Positions 33,561 to 43,757 of a stretch of DNA of 58,114 nucleotides are shown piece by piece (the stretch's first letter is position 1; the number at the start of each line of letters is the position of its first letter). The notes beneath the pieces are model-generated. The model was not told the origin of the DNA. It saw only the letters and a program-made list of their open reading frames with translations, and searched no databases. The position numbers and the translations under genes are program-made. Source of the stretch: a virus (lineage: Duplodnaviria; Caudoviricetes); the IMG/VR virus record IMGVR_UViG_3300020428_000001, positions 1 through 58,114 of that record. One strand, 5' to 3'.

Positions 33561-36500
33561 TAATTACCTCCAAAACTCCATTGTGGCAAGTCTTTTGTCA
33601 TTTGATGAGCGGCTTGAGCCATAGGAGAAACTCTTAAAGCTGCATAACCTAATGTTTTATCTCCAGCGATTACATCAACTCCTAATCCTCCAATTCTAAC
33701 AGCTTTACTTAATGCTGCTGACTCTCCTGATATAGTTCCAAACGCCCAACCAAAAGTTGTTTTATATCTATGCTCATACATTGGAAATACAAAATCAATT
33801 AATCTTTCTCCTGTACCTAACAATCCACTAGCACCTACTCCTCTTCTAATATAATCTATATCTTTAAAGTATGGAGTTGTTTTACCATACTTAAGTAGAT
33901 CTTTTAAATGTTGAGAAACAAATCCTAATAAAATCATAGTAGACATAGTAGCAAAGACATTATACTTCATAGCCGGAGTACCGCGTCTAGCTAATTCTCC
34001 CCACATCTTTGGTATATGATTTGCTGTAAACACAGATATAAATCCTTGAAATTGAGTGAATAACGCAAATCGTGGATCTTGAAATATCTTAGGTCTATTA
34101 GCTGCTTGAGGTAATGCTACTGCCTCATTAACAAAATTAAATGAAGCATCTCTCATAAACATATCAAACTTAGCTTTCTCTTCTTGAGTAGAAGCTCTTG
34201 TATTTCCATCAGCATCTTTAAATCCAACTATATAACTTGTCATAAATGTTGGATCTATACCTAAGTTTCTTAAAGACTCTTCTGCTTCAGCAGCTTCATT
34301 AGTAAATAAGTTAGTATCTCTTGCTTCTGCTAAAATAGACAGCTTATCAGTAACATAATCACCAGCAATAGCGGCCCTTGAGGCACGCGTAGCGTTAGTC
34401 CATTGTTGTAGTAATATAGTTTTAAAGTACATGTCAAGAATTCTTTGACGCCAATGTCCTGTTTCACTAACACCTGTTGTATGAGCAGCACCTACTTCCC
34501 ATTCATTAAAGCCTAAATCTTTTGCTACAGCAGCTCCACCTGAATCTCTTTTATGAGGCATTGGAGTATTTGTTGTAGCACCATAAGCTCTTCTAGCTGT
34601 ATTATGTATTTCATTAACGAATACTCTTGACATTTGCATTAAGCTTCCATCTTGTCTACCGAATATTTGCTTTACATTTAATCCTTTAGAAACAAGAGCT
34701 GACTCTACAAAATTAGATATAGTAGCTAATGGTAAACCAGTAATAGTAGTAACAAATAATAGATTCTTTTGAGCCCATTCTAAAATTGGAGACTTAATTC
34801 TATTATAGTTACCTGATTCAGCATCAAAATAATCTTTTAATGTAGCTGCTAACTCATCTACTCTTGCTTTAGCTTTTTCTGCAGACCAACCATTTTGCAT
34901 TAATTGCTGTTCTATTTTATTAAGTCTATAGTTTATCTTTTTATTATCACTACCTACGTATTCTTCTAAGGCCACATATCTTACTGAAGATTTTGCAGCA
35001 TTAGATATATTTGTAAATAAATCATTTTCCATAAACTCATTAAACTCAACCATATCTGATAGACCTAATGTACGTTGTCTATGAGATTGTGGTTTAAATG
35101 TAGATCTTGCTGTGACAGAAAATTCACCATCTTGTGGAGTAATAACTTCATTAATAGAATCTTGACTTAATATTGCATCAGTAATTTCTTTTGCTTGATC
35201 TGGATTCATATTTAATTTAGTTACTAAAGCTCCTTCAAATCCGGCTCTATTATTTTCAATAGCTTCTTTATTAAAAGATTTATAACGAGATAAGTAATCA
35301 GTAATTCTACCTAATTGTGGATTATGTTTAGCTTGCCAGTCATGCATCATATTTCCAACATCATTCAATGTTTGATGAAATGCTTTAAACTCATTAAGAT
35401 ATTGATTAAACTCTCCTTCTAAATCAGTATCCCAATTTATTGATCTATTTTCAGCATCAGCTTTATCTTTAGCTATTTGATAAGCTTCATAAAACTTTTT
35501 ACTAAACTCTAAACGACTACTTCTCTTATCATTAACATTAAACTTTGCTAATATTTTATCTACTGAACCTAATTTATTTCTTAATATACTAATTAAATGA
35601 TGCTTTCTATTTTCATAAGTAGCACCACTAGTAGATCTTTGTAAGTTACTTCCAAGAGATTCACCTAAAATTCTAGCTTCTACTGAATCTTCTTGAAGTT
35701 TATCAGCTTGACCCATATTTCCGAAGGCTTGTCTAGTTAATCCTCTCCATAGGCCCGGAATAGCTCTCCATAAGTCTCTACCTATTTGAGCACTATCACG
35801 TTTTCCTCGCTTTTCTTTAAAACGCTCTGTTCTAACGTTAATATCTTCTACAAGATCAGCATCTAATGCATCTGTTTCCACTTTAGTTTTTTCATTTTCT
35901 ACTTGAACATTATACATTTGACCATTGATTTGTTCGTCTTGTTTAGCTTTATTTCCTGCCCAAGATCTCGTTCTTGCGTCGTCTGGAGCAGTTCTATAAG
36001 CTACATCAGCCCATGCGCCATAATCATATATAGTACCAGGAGTAGAGAACGAAGCACCAAGAGTAGAGCCAGCTAATCCAGCATCTATAATTCTATCAGT
36101 AAATTCTCCAGCATCCCAATCTCTGAAGCCATTAGCAGTATGAGCAGCAGTATAACCAATTCCTTCTTGTAAAATTTCAGTAACACCTTCACCACCAGCT
36201 GCAATAGCAGTTCGTTGTAAAGCTACTCTTGCTACATTTCGTTTTATAAGTTGATCTTTAGCAAATTTCGCTGCATCAGTAGCTAATTTAGCAGTTTCAA
36301 TTCTTGATGCGTTAAGAAGAAATGCTTTAGCTGCTTCTTTAGTAGTAATAGTTCTATGAATATCTTTAGTACTATTTATTAACGCATTTACAACTGTGTT
36401 ACGGCCTTCTTTAGTTAACATACTACCTTTACTAATAAAGCTTAAACCAACTCTATCAAGAACAGCTTGCGCTATACCTGCAGTAACAGCTAAACCAGCA

Positions 36501-37492
36501 TTTTTATTATCTCCTTCCATCTCATTCCAAGTAGTACCAGTATATAATGATACTGGCGCTAAATATGAAAGTCCTAAAGTAAAAGGCGCTGCGACTGCAC
36601 CACCAATACTAACAGCCATATATGGAAGAGAGATAGCAGCGTTATTAGCTATATATTGTAAGACCCCTTCTTTACCCCAGAATCCATCAATATCTTTATA
36701 TGAAGTTACTATTTCAGGTTTATTTTTAATCTTCTGACGTGCTCTATAAATACCAGCTTCACCAATATTTTCTGCCCATTCCCATCCAGTAGTTTCTCCT
36801 AATAGTTCAACAGCACCAAATAATCCTTCTTGAGCTCCAATAAGACCAACGTCCCATGCACTAGAAAAAGGACTAGTAGCTTTATTCTGTAAGTCTCTAT
36901 CTGGATTTCTAAATTGTACAGAACCAGGAGCGTAATAACCACCACCATAAGCTAATTGAGCTTCATCAATTGCTTGCTGTCTAAATTGCTTTTCATACTT
37001 AGTCTCATCTAAAATAGCAGATTGAACAGCGTTGGCAGCGGTATCCCACTCATCTCCATAATTATGACCATCAAAAACTTTAGCAACTTCTAAAGATCTC
37101 AATGCTTCATTAGAAGTATATCTATTTGGATCTAAAACTCCTGTAGTAATAAGAGCTCTTTCCCAACTTCTACCTTTAGCATCTTGTAAATCAATAATCT
37201 CTCTACCGTGTGGATCTTTTTTACCAGTCTTTACAATGTTAGTAAAACCTTGGTTTTTAGCTAATTGTTGTAAAGCCATATTTGCTTTATGACCACCGGC
37301 AGTACCAACGTCTATATTCTCAAGACCAAAAGTCTTTAAAATTTCAGGAGCATCAACTCCTTTTAAACGATATTTTACTGGATCACCATCACTATCGGTT
37401 TCTGTCTCAGAAATAATTGTATCAGCATCATAAAACCTATGGTTTTCGTCTACTCGATTAATATCAGGTTTTATATTATCTATAATACCCAT
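33560..37492 (-). CDS. Large ejection/internal virion protein with N-terminal SNase-like domain and T7 gp16-like C-terminus
   Basis: DADT..YRLKGVDAPE..DPHGR, hydrophobic Gly/Ala helices and ALFTQFQGF; Cys-free. Confidence 0.7.
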   Translation of the reverse strand: MGIIDNIKPDINRVDENHRFYDADTIISETETDSDGDPVKYRLKGVDAPEILKTFGLENIDVGTAGGHKANMALQQLAKNQGFTNIVKTGKKDPHGREIIDLQDAKGRSWERALITTGVLDPNRYTSNEALRSLEVAKVFDGHNYGDEWDTAANAVQSAILDETKYEKQFRQQAIDEAQLAYGGGYYAPGSVQFRNPDRDLQNKATSPFSSAWDVGLIGAQEGLFGAVELLGETTGWEWAENIGEAGIYRARQKIKNKPEIVTSYKDIDGFWGKEGVLQYIANNAAISLPYMAVSIGGAVAAPFTLGLSYLAPVSLYTGTTWNEMEGDNKNAGLAVTAGIAQAVLDRVGLSFISKGSMLTKEGRNTVVNALINSTKDIHRTITTKEAAKAFLLNASRIETAKLATDAAKFAKDQLIKRNVARVALQRTAIAAGGEGVTEILQEGIGYTAAHTANGFRDWDAGEFTDRIIDAGLAGSTLGASFSTPGTIYDYGAWADVAYRTAPDDARTRSWAGNKAKQDEQINGQMYNVQVENEKTKVETDALDADLVEDINVRTERFKEKRGKRDSAQIGRDLWRAIPGLWRGLTRQAFGNMGQADKLQEDSVEARILGESLGSNLQRSTSGATYENRKHHLISILRNKLGSVDKILAKFNVNDKRSSRLEFSKKFYEAYQIAKDKADAENRSINWDTDLEGEFNQYLNEFKAFHQTLNDVGNMMHDWQAKHNPQLGRITDYLSRYKSFNKEAIENNRAGFEGALVTKLNMNPDQAKEITDAILSQDSINEVITPQDGEFSVTARSTFKPQSHRQRTLGLSDMVEFNEFMENDLFTNISNAAKSSVRYVALEEYVGSDNKKINYRLNKIEQQLMQNGWSAEKAKARVDELAATLKDYFDAESGNYNRIKSPILEWAQKNLLFVTTITGLPLATISNFVESALVSKGLNVKQIFGRQDGSLMQMSRVFVNEIHNTARRAYGATTNTPMPHKRDSGGAAVAKDLGFNEWEVGAAHTTGVSETGHWRQRILDMYFKTILLQQWTNATRASRAAIAGDYVTDKLSILAEARDTNLFTNEAAEAEESLRNLGIDPTFMTSYIVGFKDADGNTRASTQEEKAKFDMFMRDASFNFVNEAVALPQAANRPKIFQDPRFALFTQFQGFISVFTANHIPKMWGELARRGTPAMKYNVFATMSTMILLGFVSQHLKDLLKYGKTTPYFKDIDYIRRGVGASGLLGTGERLIDFVFPMYEHRYKTTFGWAFGTISGESAALSKAVRIGGLGVDVIAGDKTLGYAALRVSPMAQAAHQMTKDLPQWSFGGN

Positions 37493-37506
37493 TATATATC
37501 TCCTTA

Positions 37507-40395
37507 TTATTTAACGGAAGCTGTTATCTCATTTTTAACCCATTCCATAAAACCATTACTAGTTTTATCGTCGGCTTTTGCATCCCATTGTTTTCTATCA
37601 TCAGCAGGAAGAGCATTCCAATCTTGAATAGCTTGACCTATAAAAGTATTATTTAACGCAGCATCACCACCTTTAAAGCCATTCATTCTCATAACAACAG
37701 CTATATTCTTTTGTAGTTTTGAAAACTCTTTAGCATCAACAGGATTCTGTTTTTCTTCTGGGTCTCTATCTGTTATATTACCAGCCATAAAGTAAGTTAA
37801 GTTTTCGCCAACTCTTTCACGAATAACTAAACTATTTAAATAACCAATAAGTGATTCTGCTTTTGAACCATCTTGTCTAACATCATTCGTAGCATCTCTC
37901 ATTGCTAAGTCTATTAGTCCACCCATTTTATCTAAAGAAACATTATTTGCTATTGCCCATTCAATAACTTTTGGACCTGCAGTTTTAGCATTTATATTAG
38001 TTTTATAAATAGTTTGACCATCATCATCTTCACCTGCTTTACCAAATTGAGACTTTAAACTTGAAATTTGATCACTATAAGTTTTTCCAAATGTTTTAAT
38101 AGCTTCTCTATTTTCTTTAGTACCTTTAACATATGTTGGATCTGCATTTAGTTTTGCACCATCAATGAATTTACCATCTGGTGTCTGCCAATACTCATCA
38201 TCACCTACTTTTACTTTTTCTGCCTTTACTTGAAAGTATTTACCTTTCTTAGTTCTTCCATAAAAAGTTTCATATGTTCCAGTTCTTGTTGTTGGCTTTC
38301 CAACTGGTATTAAACTACTTAAGTCTTTACTTTCTTTCCAATCTTGAATAGAACCAGGAGTATAAGTACCTATAAACTTCTTCTCCATCTCTTTTTCGTA
38401 CTTATCTTCAGACGCAGCTTTTGCATCTATTCTATTTAAATAACCTTTAGCTGCAAATTCTAAAGAACCACCGTGATTATAGCCCATTAATCTAGAACCA
38501 AGATACATTACACCCATTCTAGCAAGTTCTTTCTTGTCAAAAAGATCTCCAAACCATTCTTGAAAAAAGCTTTCAGTTTTCTCTTTTTGCTTTTTACTGG
38601 CTCCTTCTCCTTTATTTTTAACGTCGTCTGAATTTGCATTAGGACCAGATTGATCTGAACCAGGACCATCATTACCTTTAGTTTCATTAACAATCTTTTC
38701 AACTATACTATTTTTCTTATTTTGCTTTTCTTTATTAACAGTAGTATTATTAGATTCACCAATATTTTGATTATTTTTATTAGCTTCTGCTACTTGTTGA
38801 AGAATATTTTTATTATCTTGATGCGCTCTAATACTTTTCCATTTATCAGATTCATATTTTGCAGACCATTTTTCAAATGTTGGAAACTCCATAATACCAG
38901 AGCCTAACGCTTGCTTTTTAGCTGCTTCATATTTAGCTTTCAGATCGTCTTCTAAAGAATTTATTTCTTTATCTTTCTTTATTATATTCTTTTCTTCATG
39001 CTTTTTATTTTGAGTTAGTTCTCCTCTTTTCTCAGTTATTGCAAGAGTAGTTTCATTACTTACAGCACCTTTATCATCAACTTCTTTTTGAGCTTTCTTT
39101 TCTAGATTTTTAATCTCATTATGAATAGTAATTACATTCTTACCACCTAATTCATTTTCATAATTAGAGAATGGATTAGCTCCATCATATGTTTCACCCC
39201 ACTTTCCAGATTGTGCTATATCAAATTCATTTTGAACCTTCAGGTTCATAGGATTACCATGCTGATCTACATACATTCCAGTTCGTAAATCCTTTTTATA
39301 AATTTGAGAGGCACCATCTCCTAGTTTATAAGTAATTACATCTTTAGGAACCCACTTACTTGAGATATTAGTGCTATCATCAAAATTTTCTAGTGTAGAA
39401 TCAGTGTCAATATTATCTATATCAATATTATCTGTATCACTAATACCTTGTGCAACTCCACCTTCCGTATCTAATGTTGGCTCGTTTATTTTAGGAACGT
39501 TACCATACATCTCGTTAATAATTTCAGCTTGCATGCGTGAATCATCACTACCTGCAATTTGATCAGGTACTTTTGGCCCAAGTGGAGGATCTTGATATTG
39601 ATTAGTCCATTCAGGTTTTACGGTTGGAGTGTTAGGATTAGGAACTATATTATTGTTATTTGGTCCAGCAGCATGAGCTGAAGATATAAAACTTGGCCAT
39701 TTCCAACCACTAGAAGCTGTTTGAACTTCTGGTTCTTTTGAAACTCCTGATAAAACTTTATTTGAGTATGCTTTAGCTTCTTCAGGGATAACATGTGGAG
39801 GTAGCTTACCACTTTTTAAAGCAGCTACATTTCCAGGACCCCAATTATAAGCCATTAAAACATCTTCTTTAGACCAATTAGGATATTCTTTTTGAATACC
39901 TTTTAAATATTGTAAAGAAGCGTTTCTTTGAGCAGTTTCATCTGTTATATCAAAAGGTTTAACTCCATAACCAGCATCAGACGCGCTTTTAGGCATCCAT
40001 TGATAAGCTCCCAAAGCTCCAGCTTTACTCTTAGTTAACTCACCTTCATCATCATAGTGTTTACCACCTGATTCTACAAGCTTTAAAGAGTCTAATAAAT
40101 TGCCTGTTACCCAATCTCCTGTATTAAAATAGCTAGCTTTTTTCGTGTCCTGAATTTCACGCCCGTGGTTGTTCATTCTTTCTATTGCTGGACCATACAT
40201 ATCAGTAGCTTCTTTATTGACTACGAATTCACCAGGGGTCAACCATGCTGGTACAGTATCAGTACCTTTAGGATCTCCGGGATGATCGTACTCAGGAATC
40301 ATATTCATTGGAGGAATATTATTTTGAGGAATGTCAAACTCAAAAGACATCATGTTTCCATATCTATCTTTTTTAGTGAATTTCTTTACTTGCAT
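37507..40395 (-). CDS. Internal virion protein with lytic transglycosylase (SLT) domain
   Basis: VESGG, GALGAYQWMP and AYNWGPGNV motifs, plus GTDTVPAWLTPGEFVV; Cys-free. Confidence 0.82.
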   Translation of the reverse strand: MQVKKFTKKDRYGNMMSFEFDIPQNNIPPMNMIPEYDHPGDPKGTDTVPAWLTPGEFVVNKEATDMYGPAIERMNNHGREIQDTKKASYFNTGDWVTGNLLDSLKLVESGGKHYDDEGELTKSKAGALGAYQWMPKSASDAGYGVKPFDITDETAQRNASLQYLKGIQKEYPNWSKEDVLMAYNWGPGNVAALKSGKLPPHVIPEEAKAYSNKVLSGVSKEPEVQTASSGWKWPSFISSAHAAGPNNNNIVPNPNTPTVKPEWTNQYQDPPLGPKVPDQIAGSDDSRMQAEIINEMYGNVPKINEPTLDTEGGVAQGISDTDNIDIDNIDTDSTLENFDDSTNISSKWVPKDVITYKLGDGASQIYKKDLRTGMYVDQHGNPMNLKVQNEFDIAQSGKWGETYDGANPFSNYENELGGKNVITIHNEIKNLEKKAQKEVDDKGAVSNETTLAITEKRGELTQNKKHEEKNIIKKDKEINSLEDDLKAKYEAAKKQALGSGIMEFPTFEKWSAKYESDKWKSIRAHQDNKNILQQVAEANKNNQNIGESNNTTVNKEKQNKKNSIVEKIVNETKGNDGPGSDQSGPNANSDDVKNKGEGASKKQKEKTESFFQEWFGDLFDKKELARMGVMYLGSRLMGYNHGGSLEFAAKGYLNRIDAKAASEDKYEKEMEKKFIGTYTPGSIQDWKESKDLSSLIPVGKPTTRTGTYETFYGRTKKGKYFQVKAEKVKVGDDEYWQTPDGKFIDGAKLNADPTYVKGTKENREAIKTFGKTYSDQISSLKSQFGKAGEDDDGQTIYKTNINAKTAGPKVIEWAIANNVSLDKMGGLIDLAMRDATNDVRQDGSKAESLIGYLNSLVIRERVGENLTYFMAGNITDRDPEEKQNPVDAKEFSKLQKNIAVVMRMNGFKGGDAALNNTFIGQAIQDWNALPADDRKQWDAKADDKTSNGFMEWVKNEITASVK

Positions 40396-41627
40396 TATTT
40401 ACCTCCACTGCTAGGCTCATCATTTTGTTCTGGTGGTTTTTGAATTACGTTACCATCATTAACTCCAGACATTTGAATAACTGTACCTTGAGCTGTTTCA
40501 ACTTGTCCACTAGAGTTAACAACACCAGGACCAAAATTAGTTTCTACTACAGAACCTTCTCCAATGTCAGGTTGCCAATCATTTGATTCTAAACCTGTTC
40601 TAACTGCAGTAAATTTACCAAGTTTATCTCTATCTCCATAAACAGTTGGCATACCAGCTTCTTTATTTTGTTGAAAAGCTGAAATACCAGATCCACCTTG
40701 CGCTCTAGGATCAATTCCTAATTCTTCAATAGTAATATCTCTATGACTAGGCTTTTCGTAATCTACAATATACTGACCAAACTCATCATATACAGGTGTA
40801 CCTTTATCAAATTCTGATTTTAATTGACCACTAAATGGATCTCTATAATCTACTACCTCATATCCTCCAAGACCACCATAAATCTCTTCAGTAAATATTT
40901 TACTAGGATTTGATATAGCAGTATTATGTCTTATATTACCGCCAGTAGTTTCTATTCCATATCGACCTGCTGGATTAGCGCCATAAGCACGTTGTTCTCT
41001 TGATATATTATGCATAGAGTTTTCCCAGCTTCCTAAACCAGCTGAGATTGGACTTTCTCCTGCTGCTCTTAATTTTCCATAACTACTACTAGAACCACCT
41101 AAACCTTCTTCTGATCCAATTCCAAGCCAACTTTTACCCCAATCACTAGGACTTTTATAGCCTTCTGCAGCTCCTGTTATTGGATTAAAAGATCTTCCTT
41201 CTTCATTAAAAACATTACCATATGCGTCTGTAGTACCTGGCTCACCAAAATTATATTTATCTGATTTAGTTGCTCCTGCTAACAATGTTCCTACATAAGG
41301 AACTAAACTTATAGGATTCGTTGAACCTGGTTTATAACCCCTTGCTGTAGACATAGCTGTATAATTTGGAGTGACATTATCATTATCATCATCTTGATTA
41401 AATTGATTAATATCTTCTAATGGATCATCCATTACAGTAGTACTAACCTTTCTTTTATTTATTCCCCAAGGATTTTCTGGAATCTCAGGATTTGGTACGC
41501 CAGCTGCAGATACTGTGTCTACGAAAGGTTGTGATGAGTATCTAAAACCATATTTTGGTTGTATAGTATGAGAAGGCTGGTAAGGTATACCTGTACCACT
41601 ACTACTATTATTATTAAATCCTACCAT
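40395..41627 (-). CDS. Putative internal virion protein
   Basis: 410 aa, Gly-rich and Cys-free, in the ejection block. Confidence 0.6.
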   Translation of the reverse strand: MVGFNNNSSSGTGIPYQPSHTIQPKYGFRYSSQPFVDTVSAAGVPNPEIPENPWGINKRKVSTTVMDDPLEDINQFNQDDDNDNVTPNYTAMSTARGYKPGSTNPISLVPYVGTLLAGATKSDKYNFGEPGTTDAYGNVFNEEGRSFNPITGAAEGYKSPSDWGKSWLGIGSEEGLGGSSSSYGKLRAAGESPISAGLGSWENSMHNISREQRAYGANPAGRYGIETTGGNIRHNTAISNPSKIFTEEIYGGLGGYEVVDYRDPFSGQLKSEFDKGTPVYDEFGQYIVDYEKPSHRDITIEELGIDPRAQGGSGISAFQQNKEAGMPTVYGDRDKLGKFTAVRTGLESNDWQPDIGEGSVVETNFGPGVVNSSGQVETAQGTVIQMSGVNDGNVIQKPPEQNDEPSSGGK

Positions 41628-41628
41628 T

Positions 41629-42540
41629 TTAATTACCTCTGCTTAAAGGACCACCTATCATTGCAGAAGGTCTTGTCATATCTTCTGCAGCTAAATTAGT
41701 ACTTATTGGATTTCCAACTGTATCATACTTAAGTTTTATTTCTCTATTTTCTGAAATTGGTCCACCAGTATTCTTATAAGAAATATTCATTTCTTTTAAA
41801 GCTCTTTGCATATCTGGATTAAGTTCTCCTACTGGTCCAAACATACCTTTAAAACTAGTTTCTCCCCAAGGAAGCCATTCTGGTTCTCTTCTCATATATT
41901 TATCGACTACCCAACCAAGTGGAGAAGTTAATCGATTCATTCCTCGTTGAACTGTATCTGATACAGAGTCAGTTCCTTTTTGATTAGCTATTTCATTATG
42001 TATATTCATATTTCTATTAACGTCTTTCATATATTGCCATAAACCAGGAAATTCAACGTCTCTTCCAATAGGCCTTTCTGAAGGTATTGGTGGCATATCT
42101 TCTTTAGTTGCTGATTTTCTTTCATCCCAAGGAGTACCTATATATTCAGTAAGATATGGATCGCCTTTAACTTCATTTCCTCTTTCATGGTATTGAGGAG
42201 ATAATGGACCATTAACATGACCACCTTTATTGAATAAGCTATAAAGCATATCTTTTAAGAATGGTGCAGCAAATTCTCCAGCTACTTCCCCTGCTACTGC
42301 GCCCATAGGCCCACCTGCAGCGGCACCAGCTGTTGCTAATCCTTTCTTTAATCCTTCTTTACCAACTTGCTCCATACCTTTATCAATAGCTCTATCTACA
42401 AACATATCACCAGCTCTTTCAGCCATATTTGGTGCAGCTGGAGCAGAGTCCATAATTGGTTGTGCTGTCGGTCTACTACCCATTTGAGCTTGTTGTAATC
42501 TTTTTTGTAGTTCAGAACTTGGCATTGCTAATTGAATCAT
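41629..42540 (-). CDS. Putative internal virion protein
   Basis: Gly/Ala hydrophobic segment and repeated GGP(I/L)S-like motifs; Cys-free. Confidence 0.6.
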   Translation of the reverse strand: MIQLAMPSSELQKRLQQAQMGSRPTAQPIMDSAPAAPNMAERAGDMFVDRAIDKGMEQVGKEGLKKGLATAGAAAGGPMGAVAGEVAGEFAAPFLKDMLYSLFNKGGHVNGPLSPQYHERGNEVKGDPYLTEYIGTPWDERKSATKEDMPPIPSERPIGRDVEFPGLWQYMKDVNRNMNIHNEIANQKGTDSVSDTVQRGMNRLTSPLGWVVDKYMRREPEWLPWGETSFKGMFGPVGELNPDMQRALKEMNISYKNTGGPISENREIKLKYDTVGNPISTNLAAEDMTRPSAMIGGPLSRGN

Positions 42541-43091
42541 TTTCCTCCTCCTCCGCCACCGGTTTTCTCAATTGTTTGTGGTGCGCTACCTAAATAACCA
42601 AAATATCTTTCAGCACTAGTATGTGGTGCGTCTAATCTTTGTTGCGCATATTGTTGCATTGTACTACCTGCTTGTCCTAAAGACTCTATTCCAGCAGCAG
42701 TTTCTTGTTGACGTCTTTGAAGATGCTGTAAAGATCTATCAGATAGAGCTTGATTCATTGCAGCTTGAGATCGTGCTGAGCCTAAAGAACCGCCTGCAGA
42801 AGCTTGACCTAAAGAAGTACCCATTAGATTTTGTAAATCTCTTCGTTGAGCTCCAGTAGTATCATAGAGTCCTTGACCAGTGATAGCTTGTCTAGCTAAA
42901 TTTTGCTGGTAATTAAGAGCTTCTTTTTGAGCTGGATCTAAAGCAGCAACAATAGCATCAGGACCTGTAGCAGTATCTTGTTTATATCTATTTGTTACAT
43001 CTGAGAGAACATCAACTAAATATGGTTTAAATTCGGGATCAATACCAGTAGTTTGAGTTACAGTATTTCCTCCACCTCCTCCTTTACCCAT
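42537..43091 (-). CDS. Putative ejection (pilot) protein
   Basis: MGKGGGGG.TVTQTT N-terminus and GGSLGSAR motif typical of podovirus pilot proteins; start refined using the GGAGG RBS. Confidence 0.65.
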   Translation of the reverse strand: MGKGGGGGNTVTQTTGIDPEFKPYLVDVLSDVTNRYKQDTATGPDAIVAALDPAQKEALNYQQNLARQAITGQGLYDTTGAQRRDLQNLMGTSLGQASAGGSLGSARSQAAMNQALSDRSLQHLQRRQQETAAGIESLGQAGSTMQQYAQQRLDAPHTSAERYFGYLGSAPQTIEKTGGGGGGK

Positions 43092-43128
43092 AAAAGCCTC
43101 CATTTATATATTTCATTTAATTAATCTC

Positions 43129-43593
43129 CTAAATTTTTCCTCGTACTGAAATTTGGATTCTACCATTATAATGTTTTTCCAAAAATCTACCATATTTTAA
43201 AGCATGTTCTTCATCTTGTACAGAATCTGCTCTCCAATATTTTCCACCATTCTCTTTTATATGTTTCATTAATTCATCAAATAATGCACGAACAATAAGT
43301 CCATTAGTTGTATTATCTTTATCTACAATACAATCTTTAACATCCATTATCCATTCATTATTATAATAATTATTAAACGTAGAAGCTGAAAGAAATCCTT
43401 TTAACTTGTTATCATTATAATAACCAATAACAAGAGCATGAGGACTTTCTTTTTGTTTTTGAACTAAAGATAAAAAATATGAAATCCAAGCGCTTTCGTT
43501 TCTTTCATACCCTTTATAATTATTATCATTAGTAGATTTATTCATTAACTTGATAGCTTCAAACACATCATTATCAAGAATTCTTTTTATCAT
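43129..43593 (-). CDS. GNAT-fold-like tail-module protein
   Basis: 154 aa between the nozzle and ejection genes; secondary-structure pattern resembles GNAT. Confidence 0.5.
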   Translation of the reverse strand: MIKRILDNDVFEAIKLMNKSTNDNNYKGYERNESAWISYFLSLVQKQKESPHALVIGYYNDNKLKGFLSASTFNNYYNNEWIMDVKDCIVDKDNTTNGLIVRALFDELMKHIKENGGKYWRADSVQDEEHALKYGRFLEKHYNGRIQISVRGKI

Positions 43594-43757
43594 TTTTTAT
43601 CTATCCTTACTTTTAAATCGGCAAGGTCTACAGCATCTCTTATATCTTGTAATAACTTAAGATTTTGTTCTCTAAGTAAATTAACTTCTTCAACTAATTT
43701 AAATAAAGTTAAATTAAGAGTTGCATTTTCAGTAATAGGAGGATTATTAATAGCCAT
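43590..43757 (-). CDS. Small hypothetical protein (55 aa)
   Basis: GGAGG RBS, TAATG and ATGA couplings; MAINNPPITENATLNLTLFKL... Confidence 0.65.
   Translation of the reverse strand: MAINNPPITENATLNLTLFKLVEEVNLLREQNLKLLQDIRDAVDLADLKVRIDKK

Noticed and set aside
29892-40395. 962+1310+1222 = 3494 aa, close to the N4 vRNAP length, suggesting a split vRNAP
   Set aside because: The domain order differs, and the other two proteins look like SLT- and gp16-type ejection proteins. This is a numerical coincidence without homology evidence.
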